Made by a program: the position numbers and the translations under genes. DNA of 64,000 nt from Vicugna vicugna (lineage: Eukaryota). Position 1 is the first letter of the stretch. Each line of letters begins with the position of its first letter. The notes beneath the pieces are model-generated. The model saw only the letters and a list, made by a program, of their open reading frames with translations. It was not told where the DNA came from and did not search any database. Where the stretch lies: NCBI GenBank assembly GCA_013265495.1, contig MU057887.1, positions 3,621,668-3,685,667 of the forward strand, given 5' to 3'. Shown here piece after piece: positions 23,093 through 37,922 of the stretch.

Positions 23093-25594
23093 GCCCCTAT
23101 GAGTAGCAGGCTGTCTTCAGCTGGGGCCCTGGCATGCAAGGATGCCACGCTCGGGGTGGCTGTGCGTCCTGATGCAGGCAAGGTGCTGTGTGCCCGCACA
23201 GAGCAGGGGCAGGCCTGCCGGTCTGCGCGCACGCGCACACACGCGCGCGCACACACCCCAGCGCGGGAACGCTGGCTTCCTGGGCCCAGCAGCCTTCTAG
23301 GGAAGCTATTTGTCATGCAAATAAACTCAAATGCCCTCAAATGCCCTTTCCTGGGGCCTGTCCCCAACAAGTGGGTTTGAGAGCTGTTGCCTTTCTAGGG
23401 TGGGGCTTGGCCCCACTGGGTCCTGCAGCTGCCTCCCCTGCAGACCCAGACGGCCTGAGGTTTGACTTCCTCTGCAGCCCCCTGCCCAGCCCGACCCCCG
23501 CCCTTGGAAGCCCCAGTGCAGCCCTTTCCCTCCCAGCTTCCTGGAGCACGCTGGGGTGGGAGGGCCAGGCCTATTCTCTTTTCCAGGCTGCCTCCAGGGA
23601 TGTGAGCTGAGGGGGAGGCGTGCCCAGCAACGTGCCTAATCCCCAGCAGAGCCAGGACGCAGCCCACTCGCTGAGCCGGCCAGGGCTGTTTCCCTGCAGG
23701 GCGGGTGTGCCCCTCCCCCACCCCTGCCCATCCAGGGCACAGACTAGGGCGTCTAGGTGGCGGCCGGTGCCGGGGCTGGGTCCCTCTGCTGGGGTCGGTT
23801 GGCCTCTGGGTCCATTTGCCACGTGGAGCCAGGATGGCCAGGCCCTGGGACACTGGTTGAATGACAAAGCCCACCGCCCTCCCGGGAGAGACTCCTGTCA
23901 GGGCCGGTGGGCCTCAAACGCCGGGCCCTGGTGGAGCGGGGAGTCGCGGTGAGCCCGGTGGACAGGGCTGCTCTGGCCGCTGGCACGTGCCCTGCGCCTG
24001 CTGCGCGCTCCCCGCTGCCCCGCGCCGCGACCTGCCTGTCCCGGGACGCCGTGTGCGGCAGGAACAGGGCGTGGGTCTGCTCAGGGCGCCGGGCGGCGGC
24101 CGCGCACCGCCAGACGAGAGCCCGTTGTGTCCCCAGGAGCCCCTGCCGCGACCCCCACTTCCCTCTGCTCCTGCCCCACACCGCGATCCCATCCCCACCA
24201 TCCCTGGCCCCAGTCGCCTAGCACCCCCTGCTCTGTCCAGCCTCGCCCACCACCCATCCCTTCACCCCAGCCTCTCCCCTGCTCCCACCCCCCCACACCC
24301 CCCCCCCCACTAGCCCGGCCCCCTAGTGCACCGCCACCACCCCGCACCGCCCAACAGCCCACCGACCCCCACTCCCCACTGCAGTCCCTGCCTTTATCAC
24401 CCGCTGCCCTCTGGACCGGAGACCCAGGCATCACAGTCGCCAGAACAGACTCCGTGCTACTCCTGCTCCCCTCGTCCAGCCCAGGCTGGGCGTCCCCCAG
24501 GACCCGGGACACTCCCACCAACCACCCCAGGCCTGCGTCAGGGTCCAGAGAGCACAGCCCCTCAGGCTGCAGGGGACCAACTTTTCATCTGAGGGGGCCT
24601 GAGAATAGTGTAGGCCTGGGTTGCTGGAGAGTCCTGGGGAACAGGTGCAGGCCATGGGCACTGGCCACACTGCTGCCCGGAGCCATGGTGGTCCAGCTAC
24701 ATTGGCTGGTGGGAAGCCTGTGGGTGACGGGCATCTGGGCTGCTGGACTTTCCAGGGGAGAGGGCACTCCAGGCTGCAGGTCACAAAAGACATAGGCCAC
24801 AGATCAGGGCACATGGGTCCACATGGGCCCTTTGAGGTCCTGACTCAGCACCCACGTGGGTCAGGCACATGGGACCAAGGCATCCTTGCACACAGGCACA
24901 CATGGCTTGCAGGTATCTTGGCCATCCATGCGCATGCCTGGCCCCAGCACAGCCACAGGTCCCGTCCCTGCCCACACAGACGCCCACACCTCTCCAGCCC
25001 TGCAGGCTGGTGTAGGGGCTCACACAGAGGGCTCTCCCAGTGCCCCTTGGACAAACTGCGGGGCAGGGAGTCAGAAGAGGCTGAGAGGGTTGCCCGTGGG
25101 CAAGGGTGACCAGGACGGCTCCAGTGACAAGTGGCAGTGGGTGTCCCCATCAACCGCAGGGGAGCCCGAAGAACAAGGTAGACATGGGGCTGGTCTGAGC
25201 TGCGGGGCTGATGAGGAGCTGAGGGGTGACTTCGCACAGGTGCCCGGCCAGGCCTGCTCCCCAGGGAGCCTCGGCGCTGTGGAAGCCCATTCCAGGCCCT
25301 GGCTGCTGAGAGACAAGGCAGTGGAGAGCCTGAGGGCACAGCCAGTGCGTGCCACTGGTGGGAGGGCCCTGGGTGGCTCAAGGAGGGAGGGGTGGCCATG
25401 TCTCCACAGCCTCTTCCTGCTCCCCACCCTTACCCTAGCTGTGAGGCCCCTCTCTGTGCCAAGTCTAGCAAGGGCCTGGGGTGGGCGGTACTGCCCAGCT
25501 CACGGAGACTGGGGCAGGCGAGGGGGAGGACAGTATCCTTGCAGGCTTGGCCCACACAGGCCAAGAACTGGCCATGTAGAACCGGTCTGACCAG

Positions 25595-25637
25595 GTATGT
25601 GCGCGCGCGCGCGCACGCGCGCGCGTGTGTGTGTGTG
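25595..25637. repeat. Alternating purine-pyrimidine (GC)n/(GT)n microsatellite
   Basis: gtatgt(gc)7ac(gc)4(gt)6g. Confidence 0.9.
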
Positions 25638-28600
25638 GGCTGGGACCTGGCCAGGAGGCAGGTGGAACATAGGCCACAGCTTGCATCATGGGCATCACCC
25701 TGGGGCACCTGCCCAGCGGCCCAGCCTTGAAGGGGTGGAGGATGGGCAAATGGGCATCGGCTCCACACCCTTCACTCCTCAGAGACAGCAGAGACAGGGA
25801 CAGGGACAGGGACAGGGGAGGCCAAGTTTGGCCTGGGGCCTGGCTACCGGTGGTGCCAAGACCCAGCTCCATAGCCCCCTTCCCAGCTCTGCCCACCCCA
25901 CGCTCAGCCCAAGGGCAGTCTGGCCAGTGCCCTCCAGAGCCCTTGAACTTACTGAGGGCAGGGCCAGTCTCGGTGTGCTGGGCAGACGGGCTGCCCTGCT
26001 CTGGTGAGCCTGGGGCCACCAGTGGCCAGGTCAGCTGAAGGGTCCCCACACTGCCTCACTGAGCAGCTCCAGGTCCAGGCAGGCAGCTGGGCCAGTCACC
26101 TCTGCTGGGTCCCTGGTGTCCTGGCAGGTGGGACTTCAAGAGGGCAGACCCTCCACTAAGGCCCTCTGGCCACTGCTCTGCCCAGTTCGCCTCCTGCCCC
26201 CGCTGTGGGCTCCTTCCCACCGGCTCTGCTTCCCTCGGGCCTCACTACACCAAGACCCAGCACTCTTGGCCTGGGTCCACCCCTTAAACAGGGAACGGCC
26301 CTTGGCCAGTTGTGAGGATGCCCCTGTCCCTGCTGCCGGGCCTCCGGGCCTGGACTGGCCTTGGGTTCCGGACCACCCACCCCAGCTCCCTACCTCTCCC
26401 CACCAGCCCCTGTCCTGGTGACCCCCTGCCCTTGGTTTTCTAGCCTGTGAGCTGGGCAGCACTGCCCAACCCAGGCTGGCAGCTGGGGCCTAGCCAGTTT
26501 CCTGCACCCCGAACCTCCATTTCCCCACCTGTAAATGAAGATCAGGAGGACCGCGTGCCCCACCCCTATGGGCAAGTCCCCACCCCCTGGGGAGCAGGCT
26601 CTCCCCTCTCCTCTGTCTGTCCTCCCCCTGGTCCCCCGCAGAGATGCCAGTAACTGGATCCCGGAGCTGGACCGACAGCCCCCTGGCCGGAGCTAGTCCC
26701 TGCAGCTGCCCCCAGAGCCAGTTCCGGACTGCACACGCTCCGTCAGTTGCCCAGTCTGGCCCAGCCCAGGGCTCTGACCCTTCAGAAGAGGCAGCCCGGG
26801 GGCCAGTGTATGTCAGCACCTACAGGGGGAGAGCATTGGCAGAGGGGTCCCATGCTGCCAGGGTGGGAGAGGTGAGAGAGGGTCACTTGGAGCTGGGAGG
26901 CGCCCACCAGGCACCTCCCGCCCCTGGCACCTGCCCTGCAGCCCCATCTTGTAGCTGCGAGGACTGAGATCCGGAAGCTCTGCCTTCTCTCCACTGTCAA
27001 GAGGGAGCCATGGAGAGGTTCTGAGCAAGGGAGTGGTGTGCTTTGAGCAGAAGGAGGCTCCAGACTGATGCTGCATCAGAGGGAATGGAGAGGTGGAAGG
27101 GCCTGGGGGCTGGACTCGGGGGTCCCGGTGTGGGGCAGGAGGGAGATCAGGGCCAGGACAGTAGTGGGGGCCCTGTGTCAGCTCGTTCTCCTGCCTGCTG
27201 GGTGGCTCCAGAGCAGTGGACTCGCCCACCTGGGAGGGACTCCAGGGCCGGGTCGAAACCCCACACTGGCACGTCCCAGAAACCGTGTGTCAGCATCTCC
27301 CCTCCTGCCCAGGCTGCCAGTAAAGCCACTCAGGGCACACCCAGATAGGGGTGGTGGAGACAGAGGTGGCGGGTGAGGGGCAGAGGGCTGGTGTGGGGCG
27401 TGCCCATGGGGCTGGGGGCTAGGAGAGGAATGGGGGCCAGGCTAGTACAGATACAGGGAGAGCAAAGGTGGAGGCCCCCTGGGCTGGCCAGGGATGAGGG
27501 CACCTGCAGCCTCCTATCAGATCCAGCACCAGCAGTGCGGGTGGTGGCTGAAGGCCCCGCTTCACAGCTAGGAAGCCCTGGGGTCTCAGCCCCACAAGGG
27601 GCTGGGCTGCTTTGCTGTTGACCAAGGAGCTACTAGGGCAGCGTCCCTGGACATATTGGCACAACTCACTTGGGGCCTCTGTCCTGAGCCTGGCCAGACC
27701 CTGGGAGGGCAGGCCCCTAAAGAGGCAGAGGGCGCTGGCGCAGGGCCCTGGCAGCGATACACCCCCACCCAGCCCATGGTGGGGGGGGCACGCTCTGCGG
27801 CTGGCTGTGAGGGAACTGTCCCCCCGGGAACCAGGGCCCAGCTGGCAGGAGAGTGACCTGTGTCCTGTACCCTCAGGGCCCAGTGGGGAGGTCAGAGTAG
27901 GGGCAGAAGCCGGCCTGGCCCAGAGCAGCAGGGAGCAGGAGGTGCTGGTGGCTCGGGAAGGAAATTTCCTGGGGGCGGAGAACTGAGTGAGAGCGCAGGC
28001 TCCCCCCTGTTCTCCCCACTGCTCTGTGATGGCGCAGCCGCCTGCCCACTGGCGGCACTGGTGGCCGCCCGCCCCCCGCAGGCAGCCCAGGGACGTGCCC
28101 ACTGCGAGGGCGGGGGTGAGGGCAGGCTTCGAGGCGCCCTCCCTGGTGTGCTTCTGCCTGCACTCTCTCACCTTCACCCTCCACTGCTGTCCCCTGCCCT
28201 GGTCACCCACCCTCAGGACTTGGCCTCCTGCACGGCCGTGTCCACCTCCGTATGCAGCCTGGCCTCCTCCTGGTCTTCCTAGGGAGTGGCCCCCCCAGCT
28301 GCTCCGAGGAGAAATGGCTCTGACCCTGGAGTGAGGCACTCATGCCCGCAGTGGGCAAGGCCCACAGGGGTTTGTGAGGTCCTGTCCCCAACCCCACTGT
28401 GGGGTGTGGGTAGGGCAGGCGAGATGGCCTCTTCTGGGCATCTGGACAGTGGGAAGGTTGGCCAGATCCCGGGTCTCCAGCCATTGGCCACACCCAGGTG
28501 CAGCTTGCTGATCTCCATTCTCCAGTGGGTGGGAAGGCTTCACCTTCACCCCCTGGGGAGGAGGGTACCCATGCTGCAAGCCAGGAGGCTGCCTGGTGGT

Positions 28601-31600
28601 GGTGTCTGACCAGGCTTGGGAGGAGAGAGAAGTCAGTACCAGAGGGGCACAGGCACGGAGGGACAGCTGCATGAATGTGTCTGTCGCATGTGTCTGCACG
28701 CCACCTATCCAGTCTGCACGGGCCAGCTGGCTGCGTGCGCGCACACCTGTGTGCTCACCTGTGAACAGGTGTGTTGCTGCCTGGGCTCTGACCCCAGCTG
28801 ACTAGCCGCTGGGGCTCCTCCTGGCCAGTTGGGCCCCTCCTCACTCCTGGGCCCTGGAACATCCACGGCACCACCGCCTCTTCCAGGAAGCTGGTGGGAG
28901 TGAGCAAGGGGCGTTTAGGGAGGAGCTGGGCAAGAGTCAGGGGTGTCCCCTCCACAGAGGCCCATTCAGCTTCTAGGCTGGCAGGGGCCTCTCCCCACCG
29001 CCTACCCCCTCTCCCTCTGCGGCCTGTCACTTCCTGGGAATAAGGAAAGGGCCCTGAGGCTGGAAACAAGCCACTTCTACTGAACTGCATGCTCTCCCCA
29101 GGTCACTCAGGGCCTGGGGGTCAGAGCGCAGGGGGAGCCCTGGGCAGAGACAGGGTCAGGGCAGGGCTCCCCTGGGACCTCGGTGGGCCCTTGGACTCCC
29201 CCAGCCCTTGTTAGGGCCTACACTCAGGGTGCTGGCCCAGAGCTGCAGCAGCCGCAGCTGGCCCTGAATCCCTCCTCCTGTAGCTGCTCTGACGCCTCCC
29301 ACCCCCCAGGACACTGTGAGCCAGGACGGGGTGTCGCCTGACTCCGCTCTTCCTCCCTCACGGGACTGGCCAGCAACAACTGGGTACTGACATCCTCCAG
29401 TGGGCACCGTTCTGCGCCTGCTGCGTCCTGGAACCTGCATGCCCAGGTGCCTCTCAGTGCCCCTCGCAGGCTGGCCCTGGGGAGGCTCCTGGGAGCCAGA
29501 CCTGGTCTTTCCAGCAAAAGCCACAGCGAGGAGAGTCTGGAAAGCAACACGGGCTGGAGGGGAGCCCGGCCTCCCAGGCTCATGCGGCAGGCTTGCCCCT
29601 GCCCTGGCCTGGCTCCACATCCACCAGGGTCCAGCCCCTCCCGCAGGCCTGGGTCCACTCCCGGCAGGCACGGATGGAGAGGGTAGGCTGAGGCGCAGGT
29701 CCAGGGAGCTTCATGCACCGCATGTGCCTCCAGGGTAGGAGCGCCATGAAGACCGCCCTCACCGGTGCAGTTCCTGCCCTTCTCCCAGCGGCAGAAGTTG
29801 GGGCCATGTTATGTCTTCCTTGGGACTCGCGGAGCCCCCCACCCCGATGCCAGGTGTAGGGGCTCTCTCCCAGCTCTCTGATTCTGAATCATTAAAGAAG
29901 GCGACCCACGGGGACTGAGGCACCCAGGCTCTTGGGCTCTAAGCTGCGTGGGTGCTGCCTGGGGCTGGCAGGGAGGGGCCAGGTCGAGCCTGACCTGAAA
30001 CCATCATGTGTTCCGCCCTGCTTGTTTCCAAGCCTGATCTGTTCTTGGGCAGGGCTCATGTCCTGGCAGCAGCACTCTCCTACCTGCCTGGCCAGGCCAG
30101 TTGCCACCCACAGGCTGGTCCTTCCTCTGAGGCCCCCGCATCCCTCTCCTCATTCCCCCACCGGCCACTGCTCTCCCTGTGACGTGGTGTGAAAGCAATG
30201 CCTGCCAAGGGTGGAGCGGGGTGCCTGAGTGTGCCGAGCACAGGGCGGGTGTGCAGCAGGTGCCCGCTGAGTGCGTGTCCCCAAGGCCATCACTGTGTCC
30301 TGACCCATGTGACCAGGCCCCGCAGTCGGCTCTGGAGATCCTGGCGGTGCGTCTGTAGGGACAGTTCCTCCAGGGCCTGAGTGTGGTCTGAGCCCAGCCC
30401 AGACCAGCCCTGGGATGAATGAAACCCTCCCAAGACGCCATCCCCGCCGCAGGCCCTGGGCCCCCAGGTCCCCGAGGCTCCTCGGACTCAGGTCAGCAGT
30501 CCCTTCCCCTCTGCGGGGGCCTTGTGACTGGCTCCAAACTGCAAGCTCCGCCCCGCAACCCTTGACCTGCTGTGGTTCCCACCTGGCTGAGTGTCCCCCA
30601 TGCCCTCCCCATTCTGGTTCATCCTCAGAGACTCAGCTGGACTGGGCCTCCTCCTACAGGAAGCCCCCACATGGGACCCACTGCCTGCCTGGCTCCTGGA
30701 CCCAGCCCATGGGAGCCGCATGCAAATCAAAGGCAAACACAGGCAGGCTGCCCCAGCTTCCGGCTCCTCGGGGATCCCCCTCCGAGGCCCTTTCTGTGTC
30801 TCATCCTTGTCTGCAGCCTGGGGGCTGGAGCAGAGGGGTGGGGAGCCTGTCCGGCCTAAGCACCAAATGCAGACCGCTTGATTCTCCCTGGCCGGGGTCT
30901 TAGAGGCTGCACCTGCTCCTGGGGTCGGGGCACAGGGCTCCTGCGAGGGCAGCCCTGCCACCCACAGCCCCAGGTGGACTAAGCCTCTGGGGTGAGCCGG
31001 AGGCGCACATGGGGCAGCCCTCACCCAGTCCTGTCCAGGCGTGGCTCCTTGACCTTGAGGGTCTTGGTGCAGAGAAGGTGGAGCTGCTGGAGTCTGCTGG
31101 GCCCCACCCCCAGCACCCTCATCCCAGGAAGCCCCTGGACTTGACCTTTGAAATCTGGGGTCTATGCCCACAACACAGCTAGAGCCTCCACAGCCACATC
31201 TATTAGGCACCTACTGTGTGCCCTGAGAAGCATCTCACAGACATCTAATTGGATCCTCTCCCTGGTCCTGCACAGAGGTGATCAGAGTCCCCATGACGGG
31301 GAGACCCAGGCAGGGGGTAGGGTGAGATGTGTGAGACCCCAAGAAAGTGGCCAGGGAGCTGGTCCAGTGCAAAGGCTGTGCCTGCTGTACAGTGGCGGCC
31401 TGGCCCCGGTCCCAGGCCAAAGGGGCTCAGAGGAGAGGGGCCCCGTGGGCCCAGGGCGATCTCCACTGGGTAGCCACTGCGCCCACCACTGCCACCCCCA
31501 AGGCTGGGTTGGGAGTTCCAGCCCAGCTGCCTTTGGGTTCGGGGCGCTGGGAACCCAGCCTCGCTCTGAATTAGGCCTGGGTGCATCCACAGTGTCACCT

Positions 31601-34600
31601 CTGGTTTTCCAGGGCTCCCGGGCCAAGAGTCCAGGTGTCTGCGGCCAGTCCGCAGACGGCTCATAGGCTGAATTCTCTACAGGGGCAGCAGGTGGGGTGC
31701 CAAGAGAGAACGTGCCCTTGAACTTGGGCCAGCCTGGCCTTGGGTCAGGCCAGCCTGGGGTTTCCTGGGCAGGGAGACCAGAGTTCTCCCAGGCCTCCGC
31801 CCACCGGCTCCCACTGATTCCCACCCCACCCCAGTCCAGGCCCTATCCGGCTTGCCTTCGGGGAACATTGCAAAACCCTGGCTCAGCAATGCTGGCTCCC
31901 CTCCCCAGTAGGTGAGAGGCCAAGGCGGAGGCGAGGCCTGTGGAGGCCAGAGGGAAGGCCTCGCCCTCCCTCGGCCAGGCAGTGGCCCTATGCAGGGGCT
32001 GAGGGGGTACGGGGGTGCGCATGCCATGCTGCTCGCGAGCCAGACCAGGCTCCCAGAGCCCAGTTTGTGGTCAGGGCAGCGGTGGTGCAGGTAGATAGAA
32101 GCTGGGCTCTATCAAGCCGGGCCACGGGGGCAGGGCAGGGGGCAGGCCCACGTGGGCCAGGGGTTCCTGCAGTGGGAATGGAGGCCAGATGGGGCTCGGG
32201 CGGATGGCTGTGACTGTGGAGCGAGTCACTGGGACTGACCCTGGTGGCCCAGGGCAGCCCTGGAGGATGGGAGGCGTGGCAAGGTGGTAAGCTGATGATG
32301 GCTGAGGGAGCACAGAGAGGGGCCGAGGAAAAGGCAGGGAGGCATGGTCTTGGTTGAGGTACCTGGAGAGGGTCAGGGCGGGCAAGATGAGCAAACCCGT
32401 GGGACCTCCAGGGGCAGCTGGAAGGGGGCCAACTGAGGAAGCCTTGGTTGTTGATATGGGGCTGAGGTGAACAAGGGGGATGAGGGCCGGTCCCCCGAGC
32501 TCCCTGGCTGGGATGCCCCAGCTCTGTGGCATGTTTATAAGTGTGTGATGCTCTGCATGTGTGCGTGTGTGTGTGTGTAGTGAGGGGACAGTGCGAGTGG
32601 AGGTCCAGGCTATCTGTCCTTTACCCACCCCTCCCTCCCTAATCTGAGGACAGCCTGGCTCCAGTCACCATGACAACAGTGCACCCCTTCTGCTGGGTGC
32701 CGGAAAGTGACCTAGTGGTGCTGGCTGTGCTGGGCCCAGGTGGACTGTTTCTAGGGCGAAGGGAGGGGGTGTGCCCCCTCTGGTAGGATCCAAGCTGCTC
32801 TCCCCACTCAGGAAACACATGCCTTGAGAGAATGGGGACTTGAAGAGGCACCTAGCCCTGGTCTGAGGCTGTCCCGCTCAGCAGGATGGCCAAGTAGGTG
32901 GAGGTGCTCACCCCGTGCTGGCCCCAGCCTCTGGCACACTTGGTGGGGTGGGAGGGCAAGAGACAGGGCCTGGCTCTCTGCAGTCAGTGAGGCAGCCCTG
33001 CGCCTCAGCCCCAGCCGAGCCCTCCTGCTGGTGGCCTCTCCGTCCCGGAGAGGCCCCTGCTCTGCTGTTCGGGAAGTTGCTGACCTGGGTCTGGCCTGCC
33101 TGTGGGGCTCAGAGCTATTTTTAAGGCCCACCGGATGGGCCTTCCAGGAACCAGGAAAAAACAGGCAAGGCTTGGCCTCCTGCACTGCTGGGGATGTGGC
33201 TGGAGTCAGGGGTGTGGACCAGACCTGCAGGGAAGGGGTGGCCTGGGGTCACTTACCAAGGGCCATGCCTAGGGCAGAAGGGCAAAAGGCCTTTGAGTCT
33301 CAGGTTTGGATTTGCTTCCCTGCATGAGGAGGGTGGGGGGCTCCACCGCCAGGAGAACCCCTCAGAGCCTTGGTTTGCCAAGCTGAGAAATGGGCTGAAT
33401 CACATCTATCTATAGGGTGGGGACAGGGTGAGGCTTGAATAGTGCTTGAGGAGACATAGACTCCATGTGGTCTCACAAGCAGAGATTCCCAGCCCCCTGC
33501 CCCAGCCCACTCTTTGGGCCAGACTGGGCCTGAAAGAGGCCCCCACTGCAGAAGGACAGCCCCTGGTGAGGGGGTCTGGGTCCCTTCTGACCCTCAGGGA
33601 GCTCACAGTCCACGCAGAACACACACAACACATCTGTAACACACACCAGAGTCTGAGAGAGATGAAGGCCCTGAGGCAACCCCCACCTCAGAAAAGCAGC
33701 TGCCTCCTGCTCTGCTCTCCACACCTGGACAGGCCGGGGACCCCTCCCCACTCCCAGAGCCCTCTAGAAGCTCAGCCCACCTTCAGGGCTGGCAGTGGAA
33801 GGACACTGGCCTCACCCAGTTCTCAAGGAGACGGCACACTGTTCTGAGGTTGGGGGGGACTCCGGGTCTGGATCAAGACTCTGCAGCTGCTGGGTGCAGG
33901 ATGCGGGCCTCCCAAGGCTGACTCCTAAGGCCAGGGAAGGTGGGCACACAGGCCAGGACACCTGGGGAGGACTGGCCTGGAGGGCCACACAGAGGCCTGG
34001 GGGGCTGGGAGTCCACTGGGGAGGCCACCAGGGACCTCAGCCCCTCTCGGCTGAGTTGGATCTGCCCTAAGAACCACATATTGACACCCAGACCCAGACC
34101 ACTCTCCAGCACTCCCACTCTCCCTAGCCCCTAGACGGGCTGTAGGTCCAGGAATCCAAGGAGGAAGGCTCTGAGGACCATCCACTGGTCTTCCGGAAGA
34201 CCCCACAAGAGAGCAGTGGTCCCTGGATTCCACCAAAGGGGCCGGCATCCTACCTTGGATCTGACCCTGAGGCGCCTGTCCTGGCCTGGGGCCCATGGTT
34301 AACCCTCAGCCCTAGCCGTGGCTCATGGGCCCATACACAGGAGAGTGGTGGACAGAGTGCCAGGAAGACAAGAACCTTAGAGCTGTACAATGGAGGGTTT
34401 GCTCTCTGTCCTGGGACAGGGATGGTGGCAGGAAGGGCTGTGACCTGGTGGAGGCTGGGTGTGCTGAGGAAGTCAGCAGGCTGACTAGAGCCCCTGAGGC
34501 AATGCTTGGATGAGGTCACACCTGAAGGTGACCCCAGATGGGCCCAGGGACGTGGCTGCAAAGGTCAGATCCCATTCTGGCCCCCAGAGATGACAGGGAG

Positions 34601-35338
34601 CACCTGCAACGCCAGAAAGACCAGCACCTTGGCCTCCTGGCTCCTCCAACCCTCAACCCTCTCTGGGATGGCTGTGGGAAGCAGTGAATGTCTTGGGTTC
34701 AGCCACTGGGGCTAGCAGACGGCTGCTCACTTGAGTCCTGAATTGTTTAGGCCAGTGACCTTGGGCTGAGGTCGGCAAGCAACCAGAGGTGTTAGATGAG
34801 TCTGTGCAGTACAGAACGCAGAGGACAGGATCAGGTCCACAGCAAGGTCGTGAAGACCTGGGTTGGCTCGGGCCCTAGCAGTGACGGTCAAGGTGGGCTC
34901 CCAAGTAGAGGCGTACAGCAGCTGGGCATGGAGGACAGCTGGGTGAGTGGAGAGTAGGCGAGGGCGCTCTAGCCACGGGGACAGCAGGGCAAAGGTTCCA
35001 GGGCGGGAGGCATGGTCAGGGAGGGCCCTCGGGCTGCGGGCTTGAGGTCAAGCCAGGGTCAGAACCACCGGCTGGGGTGGGCAGGGTGGAGTCCCAACCC
35101 ACACAGGGGCTGCGTGTCCTGCGGCTGCCGCCGAGCGGGGACCCCAGGGAGCCGCGCGCCCGCGGCGCCAAGCTACTCGCGCTCGGGGGTGCATGGACTG
35201 CCCAGGAGACACGCGCACGGCCCGGAGCGGCGGGGCACGTCTTCTACACCCCACCGCTCCCCAGGACACCGCCGCCACGTTCACCAACCGGCTGCTCGCG
35301 CCCGACCGGTGTAGCGGGTGACCTTCTTGCCGCGGCCT

Positions 35339-35444
35339 GGGGCGGGGCCTACCAGGCCCCGCCCCTCAAGCGCGCCTCCATTGGCTGGGCCCTGTGCCCT
35401 TTGCAAACACCGGCTCCCATTGGCTCCTGCAGCCCCGCCCTATA
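35339..35444 (+). promoter_or_regulatory. PIM3: PIM3 core promoter: GC boxes, two inverted CCAAT boxes, weak TATA-like element
   Basis: GGGGCGGGG ~35339, CCCCGCCCC ~35357, ATTGG 35380-35384 and 35419-35423, CCCCGCCC then TATA at 35433-35444. Confidence 0.65.
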
Positions 35445-36039
35445 CGCCTGAGCCACCGCCCGCGAGGGAGCTGCGCGTGCGCGGGCGCGTGTGTGACCAT
35501 GGAGGAAAGGTGACGCGCCACGCTGCGCCGTGCGCCTCCGCCGCTCCGCTCCCGCCAGCTAGTCCCAGGCGGTTTGCCGCGCCCCCCCGCCCACCGGCTC
35601 CCGCCCACTACGGAAGGCGCGCCGGACTCGTCCGGCTGTCTCCTCGGCCGCGCGCGCGGGTTTCAGAGGAGCCCCGAGCCGCGCGACCCCGGCGAAGGGG
35701 GCGGGGTCTCGGGTCTCCCCGCCCGCGCGGAGGGATACGCGCGACCGCGGCCCAAAAACCCCGGGCGAGGCGGTCGGGGCGTGTGAGCGGCTCGGCCTGC
35801 TGCGTGTCCTCGCGGTCTACGCGGGGTTGGCCGGGCACTGTGCCGCGCGGACGGCCTCGCCTGAGCGAGCCCGCGCTCCGAGGCCGGCGCTTCGGGCACG
35901 CCCGCCTGCTGTCCGGATAGGAGCCCCGTGCGGCCCGGGAAGGCCGCCCTCCCGCGTCCGCGTCCGCGGCCGCGCGGGGAGCCGGGCCGGGCAAGAGGCG
36001 GCGCGGAGGCCGGGGGCCCGCGCCCCGCCGCCGCCCGCG

Positions 36040-37922
<1,883 letters not shown>

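Noticed and set aside
6660..35300. Many 60-300 aa six-frame ORFs (e.g. 17359-18273, 27419-28339, 11972-12760)
   Set aside because: Pro/Gly/Arg/Ala-rich, overlapping on both strands, often non-ATG starts, no recognisable domains; expected by chance at this GC content
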